Below, piece by piece: positions 1-13,008 of a DNA stretch of 64,000 bases. The position numbers were made by a program, and so were the translations under genes. Below the pieces are notes generated by a model, which saw only the letters and a program-made list of their open reading frames with translations, was not told where the DNA came from and searched no databases. How positions within the stretch are numbered: the first letter of the stretch is position 1; the number at the start of each line of letters is the position of its first letter. This DNA is from Lingula anatina (lineage: Eukaryota > Animalia > Brachiopoda), in NCBI GenBank assembly GCA_051362555.1, contig CM120644.1, forward strand, positions 12,422,567 through 12,486,566, in the 5' to 3' direction.

Positions 1-1123
1 CTTGGCGAGCAGGATCTGGAGACAGTTCAGACGCTTCCGAATTTAAAACGAGCAGGAGTTGGAGACAGTTCAGACGCTTCCGAATTAAAAAAAAAAAAAA
101 AAAAAAAAAACGGCAAACGGTATGTCAACCAGGATTGAAAGCGTCTGGTGCACATCGGGGCTTTTTTTGCAGTGGTCGATTTAGTAAGGAAATTAAGGAA
201 ACCCCGCTCTAACTGTTCAGTCGTTTGCTTTCCTAGTTACTGTATTAAGTGGTGTTATAAGATGTCTTAATTCAGGCCCATTTTCTGTTACGTTTGAAAA
301 AGTACAAGCCACCTTGTATGTTAGTTTCAGAGCTGCCACCTGCTCAGGCAAAAAACTCATAAACCCATAAAAACCTGCTGTGGCTTAGATTAATTTACGA
401 AACTCTTTTCTGGAATTAAGACGGAGATTGTACGTCCACGTTTTAATCTCGTCTAAATACTAAGCACATGCTGGATAGAAGGAAATGGTAACTACTTATG
501 ATTTTATAAAACTAGAGACTAATATGTTTAGGTGAAACTTTGATCTATTTTGTGACTTCGAATGAATTTTTGAAACTATCATTTGCAAAAGGAGATCGTG
601 CATACGTGTTTTATCACGTACTAATTTAATCACAACTGCCGGATGGATGAAATTGGTCATTAATTATGAGTTTATGAAAACGTTAAGTAATGCAATATGT
701 TAGAAGCTGTAATCTTCAAACATAAGCATATGTAATATTCATAAAAATAGAGAAACAACAATTTTAATTTCATGGTGCAGCTGTTAGTGACGATGGTAGT
801 GCTGAAGAGGGGTGGGAGGTGGGTAGTAGAGGAGCGGCATTAACGTTTTCGTCGTTTATCAAATTTACTCTAAAACGATTTCTCTTTCTTTCTTTCTCTC
901 TTTTTTTCGCTATCTCTTTCATTTCAAATGCCACAAGATCCTTTTTGATGAAAGCAATAATACATATCATGATATAAGCCGAGTAATGGGTCGAGGCTGT
1001 CTGAATGATCTACGATAACTCATTGGAATGGCACAGGCTAGGTCGTGACCGAACAGGCACAGTACCGTCAGCGAAGAACGCAATCTGAAAATTCCCTCTC
1101 TGAGGCTATAAAACAAAATCTTA

Positions 1124-1372
1124 GGGTTCATTCCCGATGAAACTAGCGTTCTACATAGATCGATCCACCTCCGTGGGGACTCTGGGTGAATGTAGTCAGA
1201 TTGAGACATTAACATGCTTCCTCCTGGCGTCGAATAGAATACAGAAAAACCGGTGAATATACGAGTGTGTTGGAAACAAGAGGATCGAGTCGTTAATCTG
1301 ATTTGCGTTCAGAGAGGATTCCTGGAGTTAGATCTATCTACGTAGAACGACAGTTTCATAGGGAATGAACCC
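1124..1372. mobile_element. MITE, PIF/Harbinger-like
   Basis: ~50-bp imperfect TIRs GGGTTCATTCCC..ATGAAACT..CGTTCTAC.TAGAT, flanked by TTA/TCA; its internal sequence recurs at ~60340-60450. Confidence 0.65.
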
Positions 1373-1968
1373 TCAGACGCTTTTCTAGAGGCCATTGGCC
1401 CTTATATATATAAAATTATAACACCGGGGTTAAATTAAGGCCTTTAAGGTTATTTACACAACTGATGAGAAAAGGTTCTGAAAAATAGAATCAATTTCCG
1501 TGGTTCTTTATCTCTTATTCTCTATTTCTGTCTCGCCCCTTTCCGTAGATAAGATATGTGATACTCAACACGGAAGGCAGTGGTCTAAAGGCAATGGCCT
1601 TTAGTGCAAATTCTATCCACTGCTTTACGTCATTACATACCTAGAGATATTATGTCACCTTGGCGAAACGCACTTTCTTCCGCTTTAGGGGGTATTGGTC
1701 TGTGAAATGCAGACATTTTCTCTTGTTATGCATGTCAGTAAAATAACTAACTGGGTTGTAAACTGCGACCCTCTCGCGATATAATGCCTTGAACAACTCT
1801 CGCTGACGCTTTGGGTATTTAGGCATATATGACACTGGAGGTGTTCTGGTATATGCAAGAGGGTGTCACCTCTGATACTTCGAAGTGCGTACTGGTACAC
1901 GCCCTGAAATCCGGTAGCCTGATCCGATCTACGCGGAATTCTGGATCTTCCCCTTCCGAGTCTGGTAG

Positions 1969-2219
1969 CAGGGGCGGATCCAGGATTATTTGAAGGGGGG
2001 GGGGGAGGGGTGGATGCGAAGCCGATCTCCCCCCCCCCCTTGGCGTGGGGCCTGTGCCTGGTAAAGGGCTCCGAAAACTTTTGGTATTTTAGACGACGAA
2101 CGGTGCCATTTGGTACTGTTTAGATGTATGATTTAGCTAGTCAAAATTCTAATTTCAAGAGGGGACCATTGTTTTGATTCTTTTTCAGAAATCGAAGCCT
2201 CCCTCTAAATCCGCCACTG
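1969..2219. mobile_element. CAGGGGCGGAT...ATCCGCCACTG MITE inserted in an arm of another MITE
   Basis: Short TIRs; second copy at 23019-23225; flanks ggtag/gctag. The host sequence ~1875-2238 matches the right arm of the 37225-37544 element. Confidence 0.65.
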
Positions 2220-2657
2220 GCTAGTTGGGTAGGCCTGACTAGAACCGGCTGGAAAGTAGAGACTGGGGGGTGGGGGTGGGGGTAGTGAAACAAAAGATGT
2301 TATATATATGCACAAATTAATGTAACACCTACAAGTCCATACCCTGGTTATAAGGTGTCTTCTTAAACATTGAAACAAAGGAGTAGTCATAATTTCAAGT
2401 TCTGATTTTTGCTGCCGTCTGAAGAATATATTTTTGTAGCAATTGGAATGCAAAAGCGTGAGGATTAATGGAGTTTCATTCCATTAATAGATTACTTCTG
2501 TTCAGTGGTACAACAGTCATGTTCAAGTCCTTACGCAATCGTGATGATTCCACAACCATACGTGTCATCTGCAGGTGATATTTTAATATTTTCTTCACGC
2601 AGACAATTTTTTGAATAGTTCACCAATGCAAATGCAATGTCTTATAGTATTGAGCAT

Positions 2658-2907
2658 TTGATGTGGTTTGGCATATGTCTGAGAGCGTGAATATTGTTGT
2701 ATACGTCGCATCTCGTTTGAATAAAAGGAACGAATGTTTTTTAACACTTGTAAAAATACACTTATATATATAACTGTCACAATGCAATAAAGTAAAATCT
2801 TATGTCATGTAATACAAGTGTTAAAAAACATTCGTTCCTTTTATTCAAACGAGATGCGACGTATACAACAATATTCACGCTCTCAGACATATGCCAAACC
2901 ACATCAA
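2658..2907. repeat. Perfect 95-bp inverted repeat with 60-bp spacer
   Basis: 2658-2752 is the reverse complement of 2813-2907; followed by a (TA)n run. Confidence 0.9.
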
Positions 2908-4834
2908 TATATATATATATATACCTCCATTGTCAGTCTTATACAGAATACCAGCGATGTCTCTTACAGTCTTGATTACATTCTATTTTAAATTAATGGA
3001 AGTTATCACGAAATCCGGTCTATGGCATCACACTCCGAGATGTAGAGCCCTACTTAAAATCACGCTCACAATTTCTTGGCAGACCGATTCAATGAAGTTG
3101 CTAATTTAATGACTTGTTAACTTTGTTATATTTAACTGCACAGCGTAATTGCGGTTGAATATTCAATTGCAAAGGCCTAAATTTACCAATAATGCTGGCT
3201 TATACGTAAGCATCTGGCAAAATTATAGTGCAGTGTACACCCAGATAACAAAATCTTTGTTTTTGTTCATAGGTCCTAGAAAGCCAAAATATTCCATTGG
3301 TGAAAGATTATTTTCAAAAATTGGTTTCTGTGGAAATTCACTTCGATTATCAAAGCACATTACAATAAGCATCCTGTCTGCTACATTGCTTGATTGTCTA
3401 CCCATATCCATTTATTCATCCATCCATCCTTCCATCCACCAAGGCATCCCACTATCTATCTATTTATAATCTTTCTACGCGCTTTGCCTGCCCGCCTGTC
3501 TAACTGTCTGTATGTATATCTCTATGAATATTAATCAAACGGTGTGAACGAGGTGATCGGCTTATTTATATTTTATGCTATTTGACATGGTGCAAAACAG
3601 GTTTTGTAATTTTAGCACCGCACCGAAACTGAAGCACCCGGGTAAGTGTCTTACACTGCCATAAACTTAAATATAAAAACGCCAAGAGGCAGAACACAAT
3701 GCAGCTGCTGCTCCTTTGTTGACAACATGCCTTTTCAATGTACATACCATACTGCATTATCCTTCCTTCCTTTCTTTTTCAAAAGACAATGTCCCACTTT
3801 CAGTTTCAGTTTCAGGTAGAAAGATACCGTTTGACTTGCGTTGAACTGTGGAATAAACTGTGAGATCATGCCCTACGGCATTTCCCTTCCAGACCAATTG
3901 AAACAGTCAGCAAATCTGTGCTTTCCACTTTTCGCCCACGTGGTCTTAAGAATTCCCATATGCAGTCAGAACAGCGATACTCTTAATGGGATTTTTCTTG
4001 TGTGGTGCCAAAATTTTCTTGAATCCTGGAAAGTGCCTTTTTTAATCCACGAAAGTGCTTCATATAACAAAAAGCCTGGAAGACTATTCTGCGTCAATTG
4101 GTCAAGTCCCACGAAACCCAGCTAAGTGACTCGATCATTTGAAGAAAACGTATCTCGCTCTGTTCTGCGTCAACGGGTTTTTTCTCACGGCAGTCAGCCA
4201 AAGTCTATTAGTATTTTCATTTTCTTTATTTCCTATTTTCAACCACGCACCCGAGAGAATCTTAAAATAGCTGAAAAGACTCGTCTCTTAACAATGAAAG
4301 AAATCTTAACAAACGGCTGGGGGCGCTTTTGAAATTTGTTTAAATACAGGAGCGACTGAAATCACACTCCGTTCTTTGTTGCTTACTGGTATCTAATTGG
4401 TGAAACTGTAAGCTTAAACTGCTTATTTGGTTTGCGGAAGATGCCTTTACACTTAAGAGACAATTTGTTCCATTGGGTTAAGGAGAACACTTCAAAACAT
4501 GATATCACGGAGTCTATGAACTCTAATAATTAATTTTCTTGCATACACCATGTACCTTCTTCAAGTCGACATTTTCTATTTTTATCTCGTAAACAAATGT
4601 GTCCTAAACTGAAAGCTATACTCCTATTTACAGCTAGCATCACACGATCTGGTACACAGATCTGGTAACTGACCTTTGTAGTGATACCATCTACGAGGGC
4701 ACATGTGTGCTTTCATCAGAAGAACGCATTTCGTAACTTTTGCACAATTTATCATTTCTAGAACAACGTTGCACGCCACAAGGGTTCGGAGACCTCGTGT
4801 CAAGTAAAGCTTGTCTCTGACAGGTAAAATTTCC

Positions 4835-4866
<32 letters not shown>

Positions 4867-7800
4867 CCTGATACATGTTGGCCAAGTATTTGTGATACTT
4901 ATACATGCCATCTGCCTAATTGTGTCTCTTTCCTAATGATCAATAAAGGTTTTGTACAAAGACATAATGGTATATTACTTAAGATGTATTCTTGCTTTTA
5001 ACCTAAATCGTGGAAGGTGTAACTGCAATGTGGTCTTTTCAGTTTATTTATTTGTTTTGTCATATTTTTTTCCCTAGGTTCGTGGCATTTTGTCGACTGA
5101 TGGTTTTCTAACCTTTACATCTAAGACACAGTCATTAATTATCTCTTTGCGGCTTCATGTGGAGTTATAATTCCACGAAACCGCCTCTTCAGTGTTCAGA
5201 TGTACTGTCTTTTTACCTAAAAATTGAAAATAATTCTTTATTTGAATGTAATTCCAAGAAGAAAAGAAAGGGAATCAGGTCTCTTTCCTTCAGTGGAAGT
5301 AAATAATTTATTTGCTTTCCATTACAATTAATGGGAAATACATCGAACCTATCTAGTTATAAGGATCGTTGCTTCCAGAATACCATTGATGACGAAAATC
5401 AAATACTGTCCAAATTATTTGCACACTAAATTGCGTTTTACAAAGTTCAGACTGGTTATCGGTGTGTTAAATCATCCCTAAAGCAAATTATGATTAAAAT
5501 TCAGCAAAAATTTACATAATGATGAGAAATAGTTGTGGGGATATTTAAATTCAAAGTTCGTTGTCTGTCTTCCTTAACTAACACCTAAAGAATAGGAACA
5601 ATGGTATTCAGTCAGCGTTTTAACAAATAAATTGGTGTATAAACGGGTTCCTCTGACTGTTGTTGTTGAATATGGTTTGGGCGTCAAAGGTACCCCATTG
5701 ACAGCCAAAGGTACTGCTCAGACGATGCATTTAGCTTATTTTAGTCGAGATCCAGGTATCCACAGGATTTGGTTTTGCATAAACATGTTTTATAGTAGTA
5801 GTAAAAAAAATAATAAAAGAAATCGAAGAATGTCAATGTGAAATACCGTCAAAGCTCTTTATAACACATTGCGATCATTTTCGAAGAAATATGGCATACC
5901 CAGCAAGGTTCTAATTAGTTATCTCAGCAGTCGCAAAAGCTCTGAATCTTCGAACCTTTTATCATTCAATTATTTTGCATGGGCAGACTGATGTTTTTTA
6001 ATTTATTTAGTTTAAAGACAAACCTCAGAAAATTAGTTTTCATTGAAACCCCAATGATTGCTCTCCCAGGACCCTTCTAAGAAAATCAATAGCTCTTGGT
6101 TTACTTAAATATGCATGGGTCTTGGCTTCTTTACAATGAATAGTTTTGCTTTCTTGTAGATAAACCTTAATCAAAACATAGACGTATGCCCTGTGCTTAC
6201 GATTACTTAGACCTTATATTTGCTTATCACGAAATAAGGAAATAACATTTTGATTTTTTTCTGGTCGGATAGTTGAATGCTATAGAACATTATTTTATTA
6301 CTTCCGTAACTTGTAACCAGCGGCAGGGGTTAAAATGAATGTGTTGTATTTGCTTGAATCTGCTGTAGGTATGGTATCCTAGAAATGGGAAAAAAGCTGG
6401 TTTAATATCTGTTCACCCTTACAGAATTGTTCCATTTTAAGTACATATTTCCCAAACCCGTAGTTTGTTTACGACATTATAAATGGGATGTCGGAATTGA
6501 CTCTCAAATATTCTTTTTATTTCACAGTTTTTCTTAATATCTGAGCTGGGCTGGGGTAGGCACGTGACTGTCTTCGTTAATTTGTGGAAAAAAAAACAGC
6601 GCACGTCAAGGAAATCTGTTGGTTGAGCTTATCAACAGATAAATAGATGGTGAAAAGAACGTATGATGGAGTTAAGCTATTTAGGCTTTTTCACTTGTCA
6701 ACCATAGCAAGGTGACATTGATATTCGTGGCCAAATTAGATTCCAAACCCCTATATGTTCCATGCCATTAGTCTTAAAGTGAGTCCCATCGGACTGCTGC
6801 ATGCGTTTTACGTAAGATATGTTATCTCCAAGGCTGGCTAGTTGTATGAACGGAATTGGATGGAAACCAAATTAATGCATGTGATTTTTGAAATGGGACG
6901 AATTCCCATGTAAGGGACAAACGTATAGAGAAAATGTAAACGAGTCAATAAAATAATGGGTGACATGGTGACTTCTCAGTGAGTCTACTTGCTATAACGA
7001 AGGAAGTGGTCAAATACACACGAAGGCTGCACCGACAACGTACTGTATATCAAATAGCAATGCAGCCTCACGGACTCTGTACGTCACTGTTCAGTGGCTG
7101 AAAGGGCTCAGTATATGATTGCTTTCCAAACGAAAAACCGATCTCTAATGACCTGACCTGAAGGTCATGTGGAAGAAATGGCACGGTGACCGTGTTTAAT
7201 AAGACATACCCGGCGTAGCCCGTAGCCCCTTACGACGTTAAAAAAGTCGAACGGACAATCGTAAACGATTTCATCGCACGGCGCCCGTGGCAAATGTAAT
7301 CTAGGCTTTAGGTCCGACGATTCATCTTAGTGCTTATCATCGTCCTTTTAAAGATAAACCTGAAACACCCGATATTATCAAATCATTTAATCGCGTTTGC
7401 ATGGGGAAATTATTTAATATTTAGCACCCTTTTCACCGTGAGATATGTTCCAATAGAGAGTTATTCCAAGACATAATGAATTCCCTTGGGAACTCGATGT
7501 TGAAGCATTGGTGTCCTACTAAAATGATTTTGAGAACTACGTATTAAGTCATCCTATTACGCTCTAAAGGTTTCGAAAGGAAGAGCTGTCCACCCAATCA
7601 GAGCGTTTCATGCACGCAATTCAAAGTACAAGGTTTGCAGCTGTTTTGATAAATGCGGTTTTGCTTTCCAATATGGCATCGGAATATATAGATTAAACAG
7701 TGATTTTATAAGTTGGACTCATTAGGACCCCCCCCCTTTGCAAAATTCAAATGAAGAGTTTGTCTCACATGATGCTGATCATGTAAGTCAGCTTAAATGA

Positions 7801-8990
7801 TCGTTCATCAATAACCGAATCTATAAAAGCTAAAACGATTTCGTTAAAAGCGGATGTGAACACAGCACAAGTCATAAAAATCATTACCAGACATTTTCCC
7901 AATTGTCGTTCTATTGGTGAAATGTCAACAGAAGGAAACCATCCCCAATAGCTTTTTTTTACCACGGACAATTAATCCTCAAAGAAGTCGACAAACCCGA
8001 CGGCTGATTGCCGGAAGAGATTTATCGTTGTGCGGCGGCAGGATGCAGAGCGACGAAAACATTGCAATTGTGGCGGTAAATACTGGAATAAAGAATCCCC
8101 GCATCCAATACGGAATGCATTTATTGTGCACTGAAAAACAAAACAGACCACATCTTATGATTTGTTCTTTTAGAAACTCGTCGCCTATTTGTGGAAAATA
8201 AATTGTTAGGTTGTTGACAGGAGGGAACGACAAATACGAACTCTACATGAAAAAATCTAATACATGTAGATTCAACAGACCACAAAACAGAAAGAAGCTC
8301 ATCCATGTTCCAGTCATTTCGTCATTTGTGTTAGAAAACAAATGACATGTTGCATTTGGTTATTTGAAGAGAAGGGGACAAGCTGCCAAAACAAAATGAG
8401 CCACTTAGATAATCCATTTCTTTAAATACATGTACATGTACAAACATAATCGGACGTATATTGAATGTCCCACGGCACGATCCCGAATAGTTGTCCAGAA
8501 ACACCATTTCCTCGCATTAAAAGCCATTTCACGCATATTGCCTTTAGGTTCATTTGCTTTTTGGATCTGACTCAATCCTTGATGGCAAGATTAACACCTT
8601 AAACCCATGCATTATCATTACAACAGTATAGTTATCCAATAAAAATGTCCCCCAGACAATCAAAGATGACTTAATTGGTGAGGAGGGCGGGGTGAAAATA
8701 ATTTCACCTGAAAAAAATTAGGCCTGATCGATGCGATTACAAGATATCCTGACTTGTTCGCCTTAATTCTGAAAAAATCAATAAAAGAAAGCGCATGTTC
8801 CAAATGACTAGTACCAATAGTGCTGATGGCGGGATGACGTGTAAGGTCTTTTATAAGTGCCTCGGTGAAAACAAGACAATTAAAATGCTTTTACAGCACG
8901 GCTAATGGCGGTACATCCATCAATCGGTGCTCACCTCCAATGAGTTAGAACAACCGAGTGCATGACCCGAAGCAAGATAGAGAACAGAAA

Positions 8991-9061
<71 letters not shown>
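8991..9061. repeat. (GT)n(GA)n compound microsatellite
   Basis: Direct reading; another (GT)n at ~9264-9307. Confidence 0.95.
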
Positions 9062-9062
<1 letters not shown>

Positions 9063-9261
9063 CCAATCAGTCATTTAAAACCTGAGACGCCAAGAAAACA
9101 ACTGCCAGTGGTATATTGTATGCTGTCTGTATGCTATGCAGCAAAAGAAGCTGTAAGGCTATACTACGTGTTTATCGAGGATTTAGTTTACATTTTAGAG
9201 TTGTAGGGCGGGTGGCCGGATGGGTTTTGTCGGTTAATGGAGGAAAGTGTTAAAGTGTTAA

Positions 9262-9298
<37 letters not shown>

Positions 9299-12200
9299 CG
9301 TGTGTGTAATCATACTCCAATGCTGCAATGTTATTTTGGAACATCTTCATTATTCAGCTACTGTACTAAGTACTGAATTAAATATACATAAAGAAAGATG
9401 CAAAGATGAATAAGATAACAGATAATAACTTCACGAGGGTTTACAGTTGCGTTCGATGTATTTTCTATGGCACTTATGAGGAAGAGGGCCCAAAGTTACA
9501 TGATCAAAGAAATTAATCAGCACGGTTTATTGATTTGCCCTCACATGTTGTTGTAGCGTTAATTAATTAATGGGCAAATAAAAGTTAAATGCATAATAAA
9601 AAAATAGATACCACAAATGAAATCAATAGACGAATAAACGAAAAACAATCGAATGACAGAATACTTTTGTAACGGCAACAAATGTCATACCTATCGGGTA
9701 ACCCCATGCTTAGAAAAATGCTGTTGAAAACAACAACTAGGATCACGTCTATTGGTATATTTCCCGGTAGTAGCGGAAACCCCATAACTACGGAAACGCA
9801 ATTATAAGGCCTCGTCCCTGCGGTTATAAATAATCGAAGCATTGAGATGCTTCGTCTGAAATTTATAACTGATTGACCACAGGCACATGCTTATCTGGCT
9901 GCGCTCGTCTGTTGTAAAATTATGTGCCAGAACGGTAGGCGACGGACATCCGGGTTCTTTTGTTTCAAAAACTAAATTCCCAAACAAATTTCAAAACGAA
10001 ATTCTTAATTCCTTTTTTGATGCCTGTTCAGATTAACATTTTTCATCTTCAGTGTTTTGTTTTCCTTTTTTTTTTTTCGAAATGGAGAAAGAGAGAATGA
10101 CGGAATCGCTTGATGTACTGTGTACAGTGCAGCTAAAAGACAACGGCAGTGCAAGAAGGAAGTTAAGTGAGATTTCGACTATACAAAACGAATTCGAACA
10201 TACAACACTTCCTTGATATATAAAAAGCCTTGATAAACTGATCACTAATGGATTTATTCGTGGTCTGACCGCAACAGCACGTGCCACTGAACCCCATAAC
10301 CAGGAAGATGTGGTTAGAAGCAGATTAAATGTTCTTGATACGCATGCCCGACTGCTGTAGTTGTTTGATTGCGAGATAACCAAGGGCAAAAGGCAACGCA
10401 GCAAAGCATACTCCACTAGATTAATATCATTCCGATTCCCCATAGCGAAGCTGTATCGTTCATTATGCTCCTAATGACAAAATAACATTCTAACGCAAAT
10501 GAAACGTGCCTTTATTACGTATAGGCCTATAATATTGCGCAACTTTGTACGTCATGTTCAATAGCAGATAGAAACGTTTTGAGAAATCCCTTTGATGTCC
10601 GTTTTCATGGTTAAATCGACTTAGGTGTGATGAAAAGCGCTGGTTTAAGAACATTGCGTATCTTTTTTTTTTTTTTTTAATTGAGCACTCTTTGACCGGG
10701 AAGTAACCAGCCAGGTGGTCTAACTAAATCCATGTTATCGTCGTGTTATCGCACACTCCCATGCTGGAATATCGAAAACAAATAGGCCTGTAAACAATAA
10801 ATACAGGAAAGGCTGATAATATCCCTAATCAGATACACTACAGGTGCGAGACGTGTATAGGTGTAGATTATTACTAATAACGTTCTCGTCTAGAGTGATG
10901 ATACGGCAAACTAAGTAAATACAGTAATATAATGGATTTGACCATTACCTCAAAATTTGTGATCTAGATTTTATTTCTATTATTATCATTATTATTATGC
11001 TTCAATCAAATGAAATCAAAAGGAATTCTCATCAAACAAACATGTACCATAATTTTGACTTCGTTTTGTAATGTTGATGAATACCTGCTCCATGTAAAAC
11101 ATTTAGCACGACTGATGACCTTTAACAAATATGACAGTGAAAGTAGTAGGATTGTGTTAAACATGTTACATATAAGAACTCTCTTACGGCATAGGTTTTT
11201 AAGATGGCTTTGTTAAGCTATAGGGGTAGTCATGTCAAACACGCTCTCCGTTAAAATTGCCACGCCTTAGAAAAGGTCAAATGATTTTTTTACAAAAGTG
11301 ATTATTTTCTGATCAAAGGATAGGTGAAAGAGTTTCAAATGCTATGGTGTCTTTGCGATTATGTGACTTCGTAGAGATCAACACGTTTTTTTTTATATTG
11401 CTCTTTGAAATAAACACGCAAGAATAATGGCTCCTACGAAGTAGTTCTTCTGGGCAAGTCATTAATCCACAAATATAGCTCTGTCATGTTTCCTTCAAGA
11501 ACAAATACACGGTTGATTAGGGGTAATTTACGAAAACTACTTCCAGTTTCGTAATCCACGCGAATATAAATACGTCGGAATTACTAGGATGTAATTACCC
11601 TGCCCGAAGTAATACTACAGCACACTGTCTGTTGATGAACAAGCTTATCAAGTTTAAAGCTACGCTAATGGGTTGCATCACAAAGTCTATTCCATGTACT
11701 ATTTTGCATTAGGCGAACTCTCCTACTTGGCCGTTCGATTGGCGGCAATGGCAGCGCAGAATTAAGAAAAAGATGCTGCAAAAATAGTTCCTATTTTTTT
11801 CTTTTTTTTTCTTTTTTTTTTCTTTTTGCAATTCCTTTTTTAGTTTTCAAGTGTTATAAGTGTTATTATATAACGTGACTTTATATTATGACCAATCACT
11901 TGTCTTTATATATATGTAACTGGGAAAGACGTACACGTAAGTGATAAACGGTGGAATGTTGTAAACACATCGGATGTCATTTGATACATGAAGCTGGCAA
12001 TCATACCTTGCTGCCTAGCTGCCTGACTGTATAATCCACAATCATGGTATTTATAGACATTGCAGTCATTTTAAAAATTTGGTCTTTTGTATTTCAATAC
12101 CAATTTGTGTTATAGAATTCTCAGAAATGTGAATAAAACATGCTACTTTAATTCCATTGAGAGCAATAATTTAGAAAAAAGGTATTAAAAAAAAGGAAGA

Positions 12201-12868
12201 AAATGAATATCATAATATGCTTAGTGTTCTGATACATTTGTATCCTGGTTAAAGTTAGAAAGCAATGATAGATAGTGCATATCCAAAAAGCGAGACAGAG
12301 CTGCGGAACCGCGCACACACACACATGTACATTAAAGGAAACCACGCTTCTCCTATCACGGGTCAGCACGTAGAATCATAAATTTCTGATGCACTGTTAT
12401 GAAAGAGGCGGAAATACAGAACTTCAAAAGAAAAAAAAAATTGTCAAAGATTTTCCCCAAGGATATAAGGTATCCTAATAAAATGTATAATATCTGCCGA
12501 TGAATCCTCATTAAAGAATATGTCAATTAGTATATTACATTACATGTGCCGGTTAATGTGTATGCTTCCAATTGTTGATTGCTGCGTAGAAAAGTAAAAA
12601 AAAAAAAAAAAAACCTATTCACATTTAACAAGTCTTTGTGCTTCTCACACTTTCTCTATATTCGTCTCTCGATCCATTTTCCTCACAGCTCTGTGCAGAA
12701 GGACATACGATGCCCATGACAAAGGCCTAGCGTTGAGATTCCGGCACCGTTTATCTTCAGCAGTTTGGTCACGTCAACCTTTTTTTTTTGTATTCATACA
12801 GACGGATCCAGGGAATTTAGGGGAGGGGGGGGGGATCACAACGAACACACTTTCTTCTCTAGCTCCCT

Positions 12869-13008
12869 TAATAGGCCTTTTGCAGCCAGATATTGAGTTC
12901 TTTTGTTTACTGGAGAGTTTGCTCTTCAGCATTTTTTTATTACTGGAGAGCAAGCTCTTCAGTAAGCAGAAGTGTACATCTTGTCATCTGGCTGCTAAAG
13001 GCCTATTA
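12869..13008. mobile_element. Small MITE (~140 bp)
   Basis: TIRs TAATAGGCCTTT.GCAGCCAGAT / ATCTGGCTGC.AAAGGCCTATTA; a related partial copy lies at ~21020-21110. Confidence 0.6.
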
